From Candidatus Margulisiibacteriota bacterium (GTDB taxonomy: Bacteria > Margulisbacteria > Marinamargulisbacteria > JBFWNS01), in the NCBI GenBank assembly GCA_050250935.1, contig JBFWNS010000001.1, positions 288,001 to 352,000 of the forward strand: a DNA stretch of 64,000 nt, written 5' to 3'. The position numbers and the translations under genes were made by a program. Below, piece by piece: positions 48,681 to 57,835 of the stretch. The notes beneath the pieces are model-generated. The model saw nothing but the letters and a program-made list of their open reading frames with translations, was not told the DNA's origin and did no database searches. Within the stretch, counting starts at the first letter, position 1. Each line of letters starts with the position of its first letter.

Positions 48681-50239
48681 GTTTGTGCTGAAACCGTTTC
48701 GATAATCGACAAACAGGTGTTGATGTCTTCTGGAGCGCTGTAGATGAGGGCTTTTCTAAACAGGCTTAAGGCCTCGGGCTTGGACCGGTTTAAAACCACC
48801 ATGCCCAAAGACAAATACCCCACCGAAAGTGTTGGACACACCATGATAACCGTTTGAAAACACTGACTGGCCATCGACAGTTCATTTTGTTTTTGATACA
48901 CCCAGCCGGCTATCAAAAAGCCCCAGACTGCACATTCTTTATAGACATCCAGCAATTGTTCGGCCACCGCCAAAGCTTGGTCTAAATACCCAGCCTGAAA
49001 CAAGGTTACCCCCAAATTTTTCAGAAAAAAGTGATCTTGCCGATCGTGTTGAGACAAGGGTTCGCAAAGCTGATCGATCTTATCCAAATACCCAGGGTCT
49101 TCGGGGGACAAGGCATTTAATTCGTCCAGGGCATCGCCAATGCGATCCGAAATGGGGTCGGTGGAAAGCTCGAACAGTGGCGATACAGCCTCGATACTGG
49201 CCTGGTCTTTGGCCATGAGCCACTCTTGGGTGGTTCCCGGTTTTCGAAGGGTGTGCCAACACTGTCCCCCCCATTCCAAAACCCTATCCGTTGCCAACTG
49301 AAATTGAACCCCGTGGAATTGGGCCATGCCATAGGTAGTCATTAACTGTTTAACAGGACAGGGAGCGACAGACACCCAACCAAAATCGCTGACACAATAC
49401 ACCCCTTTGGGATGTAACCCTGCCCAAACCGACGCCAAATGGGTGTCCAATTCTGGAATCACATTCACGGTGCATCCCTCCCACTCGGGATGGCTGGCCA
49501 AACTGTTTTTTAGGCTATCGCGTTGCTGTTGGGTCCAGTGGCTGGCCGTTTCGACCGGCACTTCGGTATAGGTTTCTTGAATAACGGCTGCCAACTGTGG
49601 GGCCAGCAGTTGGGTTTTGGGGTTGGAAAAATCGGCCAAAAGGGCCACCAGCTCGTCCATGGGAATGGGCTTGGGTTCTGGGCGACTGACATCGACCACC
49701 ACGGGCTCGGCTATCCATTCGGTTTGGACCACGATTTCAAAGAAACGTCCTTGGCGAACCACAACATGTCGGGTGGGCAGGGCATCCCACAAATAGCTGC
49801 TTAAACAAAACAAAGCCGGCTCTGGAAGCTGCCAGTCGGGATCCATCACATTGGCGATTTCAAAGCGCAGTTTTTCCCGGTGATCTGCAAACTGCGGGGA
49901 CTGGGCCCATTGATCCACCATGGCCTGAGACCCTTCCACCAAATGCCAAACCAGTTTGGCATAGACACCGGGGTAATCCTTGGCCAGAGCATCCAAGGCA
50001 AAACGACTGAGCAACCCCATTCCCGCACCCAAATCGTAGACATGGTACTGGGCATCTTCGACTTGGGCGGCCACCGCTGCAATGGCCTTGGCTATTTTTT
50101 CGGCAAAAGCCGGCCCATTACGGCCAGCAAAGGGGATTTTCTGGGTAAAAAAAGCATCGGTCCCTTTTTTCCACGTCAACTGGGCCAAGTGGGCACGCAC
50201 ACTCTCGGGCCGGGGAACGAACGATTGAACCAGGGACAT
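48677..50239 (-). CDS. SAM-dependent methyltransferase (MidA/NDUFAF7-like) with C-terminal TPRs, paralog 2
   Basis: YDLGAGMGLL, YLWDALP, SDFG; shares the N-terminal FV.RP.SVR..LA..W and PF..RNGP motifs with 23033-24697. Confidence 0.65.
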   Translation of the reverse strand: MSLVQSFVPRPESVRAHLAQLTWKKGTDAFFTQKIPFAGRNGPAFAEKIAKAIAAVAAQVEDAQYHVYDLGAGMGLLSRFALDALAKDYPGVYAKLVWHLVEGSQAMVDQWAQSPQFADHREKLRFEIANVMDPDWQLPEPALFCLSSYLWDALPTRHVVVRQGRFFEIVVQTEWIAEPVVVDVSRPEPKPIPMDELVALLADFSNPKTQLLAPQLAAVIQETYTEVPVETASHWTQQQRDSLKNSLASHPEWEGCTVNVIPELDTHLASVWAGLHPKGVYCVSDFGWVSVAPCPVKQLMTTYGMAQFHGVQFQLATDRVLEWGGQCWHTLRKPGTTQEWLMAKDQASIEAVSPLFELSTDPISDRIGDALDELNALSPEDPGYLDKIDQLCEPLSQHDRQDHFFLKNLGVTLFQAGYLDQALAVAEQLLDVYKECAVWGFLIAGWVYQKQNELSMASQCFQTVIMVCPTLSVGYLSLGMVVLNRSKPEALSLFRKALIYSAPEDINTCLSIIETVSAQT

Positions 50240-50251
50240 GCAGCTTTTCCT

Positions 50252-51364
50252 TTAGCGGTTTTTCAAGTTTCGAATATACTCGGCACGTTTCTCGAGGTAT
50301 TCTTGGCGTTCGGCCTGACTGGGTGGACTAACCGAAATGGTGGTCGGTGCCACATAGTCTCTGGGATTGTAATGGTGATATCGGGGTCTTGGCCAGTAGA
50401 CGGGCGGGGGCGGCGAATAGGCAGCAGGGGTAATGTAGGTGGTTTCTTGGATCACAGTGGTTGAGCCCGAGGGCGCGGGTTCTGAAAAACCAGTTTCGTT
50501 TTGTTGTTTTTGCTGCAAAAAGGTTAACTCGGTTTGGGCTTCGGCGATTTTTTTGTCGAGCTCTTTGATTTTTTTCTCGTAGTAGACGGTTCTGCGAAAG
50601 TCTTTTGCAAATTCGGAATTGGTCTCGATGTTCGCTGTGGCCAAGGATTCGCCCTGTTCATAAAACGCATCCACTTTGGCCTCGAGCTGGGCCCGCTTTT
50701 CTTTCATTTCATACATTTCAGATTGCAGCTGTTGAATTTGAAGGGCAGTGGCATCGATTTTAGGTCGGGTGGCTTGGGCTGGTTTGGGCTCTTTAATGGG
50801 AATGGTAAAGCCCATGCCAATGGTTAAACCCGAGGTGTTGGTGTTGGTTGCATTACTAAAGAAAATGGGGGGAACAAAGGCCTTGGTGTATTCCAGATTC
50901 AGATAGAAATGTTCCAAAAAATTAAATTTTACACCGCCCAAAGCATGGAAACCAAATTTGGTCCCGGTCTCGAGAACCCCATAGGTGTTGTTTTGAAATC
51001 CATAAAAATAGGCCCCTGCCCCTGCCCCAAAATAGGGCTGAATCAAATTCGTGGCAGGACCCACATGATAGAGCAACGAAACGGTTAAAGGCGTCAATTC
51101 GAATCGAAAATCCTTCCCAATGTCCAAGGGATTGTGGCTGATGTCCGAATAGCGGCCCAAATTGCCCCGAATTTCAAAGCCTGTTTTTTCGTCCAAAAGC
51201 CCCAAACTGCCTTGAAAAATGGTGTTTTTTCCAAAGGATTCCTGAAATTTGGGATCACTGTCGATAGTCATGCCACCCAATCCCAGACTCAAATCCACCG
51301 ACGCGGCTTGTGCGGTGCTGGTCACCATTAGGGCGATAACAACCCAGATCCATGTGCTTTTCAT
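50252..51364 (-). CDS. Outer-membrane beta-barrel (OmpW/OmpA-like) with C-terminal coiled coil
   Basis: MKSTWIWVVIALMVTSTAQA| signal peptide; IQPYFGAGAG, FGFHALGGVKF..LNLEY strands; then heptad-rich and Pro/Tyr-rich regions. Confidence 0.7.
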   Translation of the reverse strand: MKSTWIWVVIALMVTSTAQAASVDLSLGLGGMTIDSDPKFQESFGKNTIFQGSLGLLDEKTGFEIRGNLGRYSDISHNPLDIGKDFRFELTPLTVSLLYHVGPATNLIQPYFGAGAGAYFYGFQNNTYGVLETGTKFGFHALGGVKFNFLEHFYLNLEYTKAFVPPIFFSNATNTNTSGLTIGMGFTIPIKEPKPAQATRPKIDATALQIQQLQSEMYEMKEKRAQLEAKVDAFYEQGESLATANIETNSEFAKDFRRTVYYEKKIKELDKKIAEAQTELTFLQQKQQNETGFSEPAPSGSTTVIQETTYITPAAYSPPPPVYWPRPRYHHYNPRDYVAPTTISVSPPSQAERQEYLEKRAEYIRNLKNR

Positions 51365-51418
51365 GTGTTTTACCTCGTCTTTTAGACGTTCCACAGATCC
51401 AAAAAGTTCCAGACTCGG

Positions 51419-51494
51419 TGGTGCGCCCGGAGGGAGTCGAACCCCCAACCTTCTGATCCGTAGTCAGATGCTCTATCCATTAAGCTACGGGCGC
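51419..51494 (-). tRNA. tRNA-Arg (anticodon ACG)
   Basis: GCGCCCGTAGCTTAATGGATAGAGCATCTGACTACGGATCAGAAGGTTGGGGGTTCGACTCCCTCCGGGCGCACCA, 76 nt. Confidence 0.97.
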
Positions 51495-51659
51495 GGTTAA
51501 AAAAGTCTAGAAACTGTACCACGATTCAAGGCTTTTTCCAATTGCACGCCATGATCTTGATCATCACAGCGGCTTTGCTACTCCTGACCTCTTCAGCTCT
51601 CCAGTAGAGGGGTAGGTTTTTGGACAGGTTTGTGGCTTTTCCTGTCTACAAGTGGTTCT

Positions 51660-51688
51660 ATTATAAGCAATTCTTGTGGGTTTTTCAA
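51660..51688 (-). promoter_or_regulatory. Near-consensus sigma70 promoter
   Basis: Minus strand TTGAAA-17 bp-TATAAT. Confidence 0.65.
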
Positions 51689-51701
51689 ACTTTTGGAAAA
51701 A

Positions 51702-52214
51702 CTAAAGCATCCCCTGGGTTTCGCGAATTTTTTGAACGAGGCTTGTGGTCGAGCAGCCTGGGTGGAAGGGTAAAATCACCACTTTTCCCCCGTAGGCTTT
51801 CACGATGGGGTATTCGGGCAGGGTTTCTTTGACATAGTCCCCGCCTTTGACGTGGATGTCCGGCTTTAAGGCTTCGATTAAGTCCACTGGGGTTTTATCT
51901 TCAAACAGAATCACATGGTCTATCATCGATAACCCCGACAACACAGCGATGCGGTTGTTTTGGGTCATGAGGGGTCGGGTTGGACCTTTGTTTTCTTGGA
52001 CCGAGCGATCGGAATTGATGCCCAGTACCAGAATATGCCCCAACTGTTTGGCCGCATACAAATAGTGAACATGACCGGCATGAATGAGGTCGAAACAGCC
52101 ATTGGTAAACACCACTTTTTGACCGGCTGTTTTATAGGCCTTTCGCTTTTTAAGCAAGGCTTCTAGCCCGATTTCTTTTGAAAACGGGATATCGTCGTAC
52201 GCCGACCTATCCAT
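51702..52214 (-). CDS. rfaE2: Heptose-1-phosphate adenylyltransferase (RfaE domain II)
   Basis: VFTNGCFDLIHAGHV, GINSDRSV..KGPTRP, VKGGDY, STT. Confidence 0.93.
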   Translation of the reverse strand: MDRSAYDDIPFSKEIGLEALLKKRKAYKTAGQKVVFTNGCFDLIHAGHVHYLYAAKQLGHILVLGINSDRSVQENKGPTRPLMTQNNRIAVLSGLSMIDHVILFEDKTPVDLIEALKPDIHVKGGDYVKETLPEYPIVKAYGGKVVILPFHPGCSTTSLVQKIRETQGML

Positions 52215-53199
52215 GGGCAATATCGTGCCGAATTTCGTCGAAGGTGGCCGTAGCAGTACCCATTTTGCCCACCACAATTCCAGCAGCATGGTTGGCAATG
52301 GCTGCGGCAACTTCCATGGATTTGCCAGCGGCCAAGGCCACGCTAAAGGTGGCAATGACGGTATCTCCAGCGCCTGTGATGTCGAAGACCTCTTTGGCTT
52401 GGGTGGGGATGTCGATTTTGGTACCGTTTTCCAAGACCAAAGACATGCCTTTTTCGGAACGGGTAATCAGAAGAGCCGGCAAGTTAAGCTTTTTAATCAG
52501 TTTAACGGCTTCGGTGCAAATCTCGTCTTCGTTTTGTGTTTTTTTGCGGATCGCGGTTTCGAATTCCCCAAAATTGGGGGTCAAAATGGTGGCCCCTTTG
52601 TATTTGCTGTAGTCGTCGCCTTTGGGATCGACGATAACGGGAATACCCTGTTTTCGCGCTTTGGTGATGACGGCCCGAATGAGGCCCGGGGACAGGGTTC
52701 CTTTTAAATAATCCGACAAAATAATGGCTTTAACCTGACCCAAAACCCCATCTACTTTTTTGAGAATTTCGGCTTGAACGGTTTTGGGCAATTCCCCCCC
52801 GTCTTCTCGGTCCAAACGAACCACATGTTGATGATGGGCAATGATTCGGGATTTTAAAATGGTGGGCCTTTCAGGGGTTTGAACCAAGGACTGGGTCGGA
52901 ATATGGGCTTTTCCCAGTTCTTTTTTAAGTTTTTCACCGGTGCTATCCGTCCCCAACACCCCCACTAAAATCGGGGTATTGCCCAAGGTTACCACGTTGG
53001 CTGCAACGTTGGCGGCACCCCCAGGAACCAAGGTTGTTTTTAAGACCTTGCAAATCGGCACAGGGGCTTCTGGGGAAATGCGCTTAACCTCGCACCAATG
53101 GTATTCATCGAGCATGATGTCCCCAATGATGAGAATGGATTCGGGCTTGCAGGTGGCCAAGGCATCCAAGAGTTCTAGCGAGCTAATCATGGACGTCAT
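52207..53199 (-). CDS. rfaE1: Heptose-7-phosphate kinase (RfaE domain I)
   Basis: GDIMLDEY, RISPEAPVP, GGAANVA, SDYLKG, TPNFGE, DITGAGDT. Confidence 0.94.
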   Translation of the reverse strand: MTSMISSLELLDALATCKPESILIIGDIMLDEYHWCEVKRISPEAPVPICKVLKTTLVPGGAANVAANVVTLGNTPILVGVLGTDSTGEKLKKELGKAHIPTQSLVQTPERPTILKSRIIAHHQHVVRLDREDGGELPKTVQAEILKKVDGVLGQVKAIILSDYLKGTLSPGLIRAVITKARKQGIPVIVDPKGDDYSKYKGATILTPNFGEFETAIRKKTQNEDEICTEAVKLIKKLNLPALLITRSEKGMSLVLENGTKIDIPTQAKEVFDITGAGDTVIATFSVALAAGKSMEVAAAIANHAAGIVVGKMGTATATFDEIRHDIAHG

Positions 53200-53203
53200 A
53201 GTA

Positions 53204-54676
53204 TCAATAAAAGCGGCGTTTTTGAAACAGGACCAGCGCAGCCATACAAAGCCAGACAATCCAATCCCCCAAGAGGACATAGGGGGTGGTGGGCTGGGCA
53301 GCATAAACGGTGGCAAACAAAATAGCCCGGGTATCGAGTTGGGCCTCTCGCAAAATGCGGCCTCGGGGATGGACCACCACCGAGATTCCCGTATTGGCGG
53401 CTTGGATCAGATAGCGGTTGGTTTCGACAGCCCGAACGACCGACAGTTGTTTGTGTTCATAAGCGGCCGAGGACTCGAAAAACCAGGCATTGTTCACCAA
53501 AACCGCCAAAACATCGGCATGGTCTTTGGCCAGGGTTCGATAAAAATCGGGGTAAATCGACTCCAAACACACCCCAACCCCCAAACGGTAATCGTCCAGA
53601 GGCAGGCAAGCCAAGGTGGTGGCCGGGGAAAAATCTTGGGGCGGCAGTTGGGCTTGGACCCATTGGGGCAGAAGGGGTCTGAAGGGAATGTATTCGCCAA
53701 AGGGCATCAGGCGGTTTTTACGATAGACTTCGGGCAAAACTCCCCGAGAACCGGCAACCGCCACCCCATTATAAAAAACCTGATTGTCCCGAACTGGGGT
53801 GCCAAACACGACCTTGGTGTTCCCGTCACGACAAAGGGTTGTCAGCATGCGTAAAAAATTCGGTTTCTCCAAATTAAAGGAGGGGGTAATGGTTTCTGGC
53901 CAAAACACCCAATTGGGTTTGTTGATGGCCACTTGCTCGGTCAACCGCAAATAGTCGAGGCGAATTTGGGCCCAAAACAAGGGATCGAATTTATCGCTTT
54001 GTGGGTGATTTCCTTGAATAACCGCCACACGAATAGGGTCCGTTTTTAAAACAGGACTCCAAAGCCGATAGCCACCATAGAGCGCCACACAGGCCCACAG
54101 TCCAAAAAGCAAGGTTGCATTAAACCGAATGGTCGTGGTGCCCCAAGGCTTTTTCGGCTGAGGCCATTGTTTAAAAAACCGCATCAGCAGTCGGTAGAGC
54201 AGGACATTGGACAATACACAAACCAGGGTAATCCCATAGACCCCAGCCAAAGAGGCCACCTGCAAGGCCAGCAGATTGGGGGTTTGGGAATAGCCAAGGG
54301 CCCCAGCTGGATTTCCAAAAGGCCCACAGCCTTTTAGCCATTCCAACACCACCCACACCGCCGGAATGCCCACAAGCAACCCCACCCGATGCCGAAGTGC
54401 CCCATAAAGGGCCAATCCTCCCCCATAAAATACACCCAACAAGGCCGCGTAGGCTGCCCAAAGCAGGACCAACCAATACCAAGGCACCCAGGCCCGAAGT
54501 TCGAGAATCCAGAGGTGGAAATAGCCCATAAACAAGGCGCCATACACCCAGCCTTTTTTAAAATATTGCTTGGCCCTGGCCTGCCAAGACAGGTGGGCAC
54601 TGTGCTCGATATCCCACAACAAGGGAATTAAGGCCACAAAAGCCAAAGGCCATACCCCAATTTTGGGAAAGGCCAA
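53204..54676 (-). CDS. lnt: Apolipoprotein N-acyltransferase
   Basis: LGYSQ, VIQGN, WPE, KNRLMPFGEYIP, VCLES, NNAWF, RAVE, ANTGIS. Start codon uncertain: the frame stays open upstream without a canonical start. Confidence 0.92.
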   Translation of the reverse strand: MAFPKIGVWPLAFVALIPLLWDIEHSAHLSWQARAKQYFKKGWVYGALFMGYFHLWILELRAWVPWYWLVLLWAAYAALLGVFYGGGLALYGALRHRVGLLVGIPAVWVVLEWLKGCGPFGNPAGALGYSQTPNLLALQVASLAGVYGITLVCVLSNVLLYRLLMRFFKQWPQPKKPWGTTTIRFNATLLFGLWACVALYGGYRLWSPVLKTDPIRVAVIQGNHPQSDKFDPLFWAQIRLDYLRLTEQVAINKPNWVFWPETITPSFNLEKPNFLRMLTTLCRDGNTKVVFGTPVRDNQVFYNGVAVAGSRGVLPEVYRKNRLMPFGEYIPFRPLLPQWVQAQLPPQDFSPATTLACLPLDDYRLGVGVCLESIYPDFYRTLAKDHADVLAVLVNNAWFFESSAAYEHKQLSVVRAVETNRYLIQAANTGISVVVHPRGRILREAQLDTRAILFATVYAAQPTTPYVLLGDWIVWLCMAALVLFQKRRFY

Positions 54677-54702
54677 AGCCGTTAAAAAAGCAGAAAATAA
54701 AA

Positions 54703-55449
54703 CTAAAATACCTCGGCCTCCACACTTAAAATATCCGCTTGTGCATCCAGGTCTGTGTCTTGGACATCTTGTTTTAGCCCTGGCCGGGACCTGGCCACCG
54801 CATCGATGGCGTAGTTTTGATCCAACACGTCTTGGAGCACCCCGGTCTGAGAGCCCACAGGCTCGTCATTGCTGCGTTTGGCCGTTGCCACTGTAAAATA
54901 GATTTTGGGCTTGGTATTGGACATGACATCCAAGGGAAAGGTGATGATGATTTTATTGCCCACAATGGTTAGATCCTGTTGCAAGGGATACACGGTGCTG
55001 TATTGTTCGTTTACGGTGGTGGTGGCCTCGAAATTGAGGGCATCGGATTTGAAAAACTGAACGGTGTTGGTCGATCCTAGCAAAACCGCATAATCGGTCC
55101 AAGACGAGAAAAAATTTCGGTAATAGTAGTTGATCCCAATGTTATCGGATGGGGTTTGATGGGAAGCCACTTCCAAATTGCCCACATTAAAGGGAAACCC
55201 AGGGGTTGGAAAATAAGGGTGGGTTTGGGCATCGGGCATTAAAATAGGGTCGGACAATTGGGTGGCGTCTTTGCGGTTAAACACCAAATAGTACCGATAC
55301 AAACTGGGTTGTGGGGTTCCGCGTAGGGTTAGGGTCACCCGCATTCGCAAGACCACATCTTTGGAGCTGGCCACCCGGGCGCAACCGGTGCAGACTGTCA
55401 GTGCCAGGATCAAGGCCATCACCGCGAGGTGTTTGGAGATCGGCGTCAT
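54703..55449 (-). CDS. Hypothetical lipoprotein
   Basis: MTPISKHLAVMALILALTVCTG|C lipobox-like signal; ATG two bases after the lptD-like stop. Confidence 0.6.
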   Translation of the reverse strand: MTPISKHLAVMALILALTVCTGCARVASSKDVVLRMRVTLTLRGTPQPSLYRYYLVFNRKDATQLSDPILMPDAQTHPYFPTPGFPFNVGNLEVASHQTPSDNIGINYYYRNFFSSWTDYAVLLGSTNTVQFFKSDALNFEATTTVNEQYSTVYPLQQDLTIVGNKIIITFPLDVMSNTKPKIYFTVATAKRSNDEPVGSQTGVLQDVLDQNYAIDAVARSRPGLKQDVQDTDLDAQADILSVEAEVF

Positions 55450-55450
55450 G

Positions 55451-57835
55451 CTAGAACCGCTCCTGAGACGATTCGTCCAACACGCCTTCAAGCTTGTAAA
55501 ATTCTTTGCTCTTAACAAAGCCAATGGGGTTTTTGGGAAAAGCATCGATGGTGTATTGAAACCGAAATTCATCATTCGTCTTATTGTAGCTGATGGTGAT
55601 GCGCCTGCAATGCTCATTTTTGGTGAGGCTGTAGGTTTGAAGCTCGTAACGGTGGGTCTCCCAGGTTCGGGTTGGGCCGGTTTGAACGTTGTAAATGAAC
55701 ACCCCTTCCGCTTCCCATTGATAGTCTTGGTCCTGCCCAAACACCCATTTTAGCCTCAGATTACTGTTTTGAATCACCCCTAAATTCAAGTTATTGGCCA
55801 TGTCCACCCGAACCGACATGGACGAAGTTGGGGACACAATAAAAACCGATTGCAGGTTATCCCAAACCCCCGCATACAGATCGCGACCTGTAACGGCGTT
55901 GTATTCCACCACAGGTGTCGGTTTAATCAGGATGCTGGTCGAATATTTTTTCCAGCGATCGATGGCCCAATCGTAGCCAAAGGAATGGCTCCAGCGGTAT
56001 TGCTTTTCGTCTTGATAGCTCAGCGATAGGGTTTGGTTTAATTCGTTGGTTCTGCCCGTTAGTTCTTGGTCGAATTGGTTAAACGGGGTATTGGACTCTG
56101 CGGGGACATTGGCCCAATTGTATTGGGTAGAACTGGACAACCAACCATTTACTTTCCAATCGTATTGGGGGGAAAAATAGAGTTTGTACAAGGCATCGCC
56201 TTCGAACAGGTTTCGTCCCGGGGTCTGAAACACAAATTGGTTGTACCCACCCTGAAGATTAAAGGTGCCGTCCAAAGGCATGCCCGTAAACGTTCGGCTG
56301 GCATTTTGTTTAAAAATATAGGTGTTGGGCGCCAGTCCAAAATCTTCGTTGGGCGGTGCAATTCGGGTTTTTAGCTTGGTATTGTCGTAGCGGTTTTCTT
56401 GGTATCGGGCAATGATGGTGTCGTGGGTTAACTTAAACGAAGCCACATCGGGTTGTTCCAAATGCAGGTTAAATTCCGGTAATTTGTAAAAATAGTCATA
56501 GTCGTTCGAAGTGATGGCCGTTTTTTGGTTTCGGATATCAAAAATACTGCTGAGTTGGATTTGCCAAAAATTCGCTCCTCCCAAGGATTTTCTAAGGGTT
56601 GGGCTCCATTTGACCCATTCGATATCGGGATCGTTGCCGAATCGGTTGTAAAAGCCAACATCATTGGTTAGTGCAAAATCGTCGGGAAGACGATTAACCG
56701 TTCTGAGGGTACTACGTTTGGTGATTTCATTCAGATAGAAGTTTTCGTCTTGGGCAAAGGTAAAGGTGATGATGTCTTGGCCGTTGAAGGTTCTTCGGAC
56801 GTTCAGCCGGCCTTGTTTAAGGTTGGATTGATAGATTTGATTTTCTCGGGTGGATAAATCGTAGCGGTCCCCCAAATTGTCATAGGCGTAGATGAGGGAT
56901 TTTTGTTCTTCTCTTTGGCGACCCGAACTGTTTAAGCGCTCGGCATCCACACTGCTGTAGTTGACGCTGACCCGGCTTTCTGGCGACAGGGTAAAGCCTT
57001 GGTCAATGCTGCGTTTTTCGTTCAAACGACCGGTATCGGCCTCTTCCAAACGATAATAATAGACAGAGCCTGGCTGGCCTTCGATGTCATAGGCATGTCG
57101 AACACCCATCCCAATGCCTTTGTTTTGATAATAGTCTCCATAAACCGTGGTTTCCTTGCCATCGTCGTGTATATAGTCCACCGCATTTTGAACAAACCAT
57201 CCCCAACCAGGGGTTTCTTTTCGGCCAATCACTGGCATATTCCAAATGATTTTCCGCTTCCCCAATTCATAAAAATACACGGGGGTAAAAAACCCAAACG
57301 GAATAAAAAAAATGGGGGTATACACAAAGGTTCCATACCCTATCAGACGCTTTTCGGGCTGATATTCAAACTGAGCCGACCAAATAAAATAGTGGGGATC
57401 GGCCAGGGTACAACTGGTCATAAACCCCCCGTGACCATATTTAATCCCATTCTGACTGACAAAATCGTCGGCATAAAACTGCATAATCTTGGCACTGTCT
57501 GGGGATTTCATGGCAAAATGAAGCTTTTTTAAGGTTAGGGTATCGTCGTCCAAATCGAGCTTTACCGCGTCGGCTGTCATTTGTTCGGCCCCTTGCTCGA
57601 TGCGAATGTTGGCCGTTCCCGAAACGACATTTGCACTGGTGTCATACACCAACTTGTCGGCTTTAATGCTGCCCCCAGCGTGGGTTAAGACCACATTCGA
57701 TGTGGCCACGATGGTGTTGGTGGCTTCGTTGCTGACCAGCCCATCAGCCTTGATGGTGACCGTTTCTTGGGCCGCTACCGGCAGCCCGAACACAATGGCA
57801 GCGATCAGTCCGACTGCCCAACCCCTTTGTTTCAT
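55451..57835 (-). CDS. lptD: LptD/OstA-like LPS assembly outer-membrane protein
   Basis: Signal peptide, OstA jelly-roll repeats (IKAD.L), MTSCTLADPHY motif, aromatic-rich barrel, late HCR motif. Confidence 0.75.
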   Translation of the reverse strand: MKQRGWAVGLIAAIVFGLPVAAQETVTIKADGLVSNEATNTIVATSNVVLTHAGGSIKADKLVYDTSANVVSGTANIRIEQGAEQMTADAVKLDLDDDTLTLKKLHFAMKSPDSAKIMQFYADDFVSQNGIKYGHGGFMTSCTLADPHYFIWSAQFEYQPEKRLIGYGTFVYTPIFFIPFGFFTPVYFYELGKRKIIWNMPVIGRKETPGWGWFVQNAVDYIHDDGKETTVYGDYYQNKGIGMGVRHAYDIEGQPGSVYYYRLEEADTGRLNEKRSIDQGFTLSPESRVSVNYSSVDAERLNSSGRQREEQKSLIYAYDNLGDRYDLSTRENQIYQSNLKQGRLNVRRTFNGQDIITFTFAQDENFYLNEITKRSTLRTVNRLPDDFALTNDVGFYNRFGNDPDIEWVKWSPTLRKSLGGANFWQIQLSSIFDIRNQKTAITSNDYDYFYKLPEFNLHLEQPDVASFKLTHDTIIARYQENRYDNTKLKTRIAPPNEDFGLAPNTYIFKQNASRTFTGMPLDGTFNLQGGYNQFVFQTPGRNLFEGDALYKLYFSPQYDWKVNGWLSSSTQYNWANVPAESNTPFNQFDQELTGRTNELNQTLSLSYQDEKQYRWSHSFGYDWAIDRWKKYSTSILIKPTPVVEYNAVTGRDLYAGVWDNLQSVFIVSPTSSMSVRVDMANNLNLGVIQNSNLRLKWVFGQDQDYQWEAEGVFIYNVQTGPTRTWETHRYELQTYSLTKNEHCRRITISYNKTNDEFRFQYTIDAFPKNPIGFVKSKEFYKLEGVLDESSQERF

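Noticed and set aside
51365..51500. N-terminal extension of the OM barrel ORF to 51448 and + strand ORF 51249-51500
   Set aside because: They overlap tRNA-Arg; the signal peptide starts at ATG 51364.
51702..53199. Split hldE (rfaE1 plus rfaE2) as a novelty
   Set aside because: Separate kinase and adenylyltransferase genes are common.
54677..54730. Possible frameshift at the lnt 5' end (T-run, GTG in another frame)
   Set aside because: Cannot be distinguished from a TTG or ATT start without reads or orthologs.
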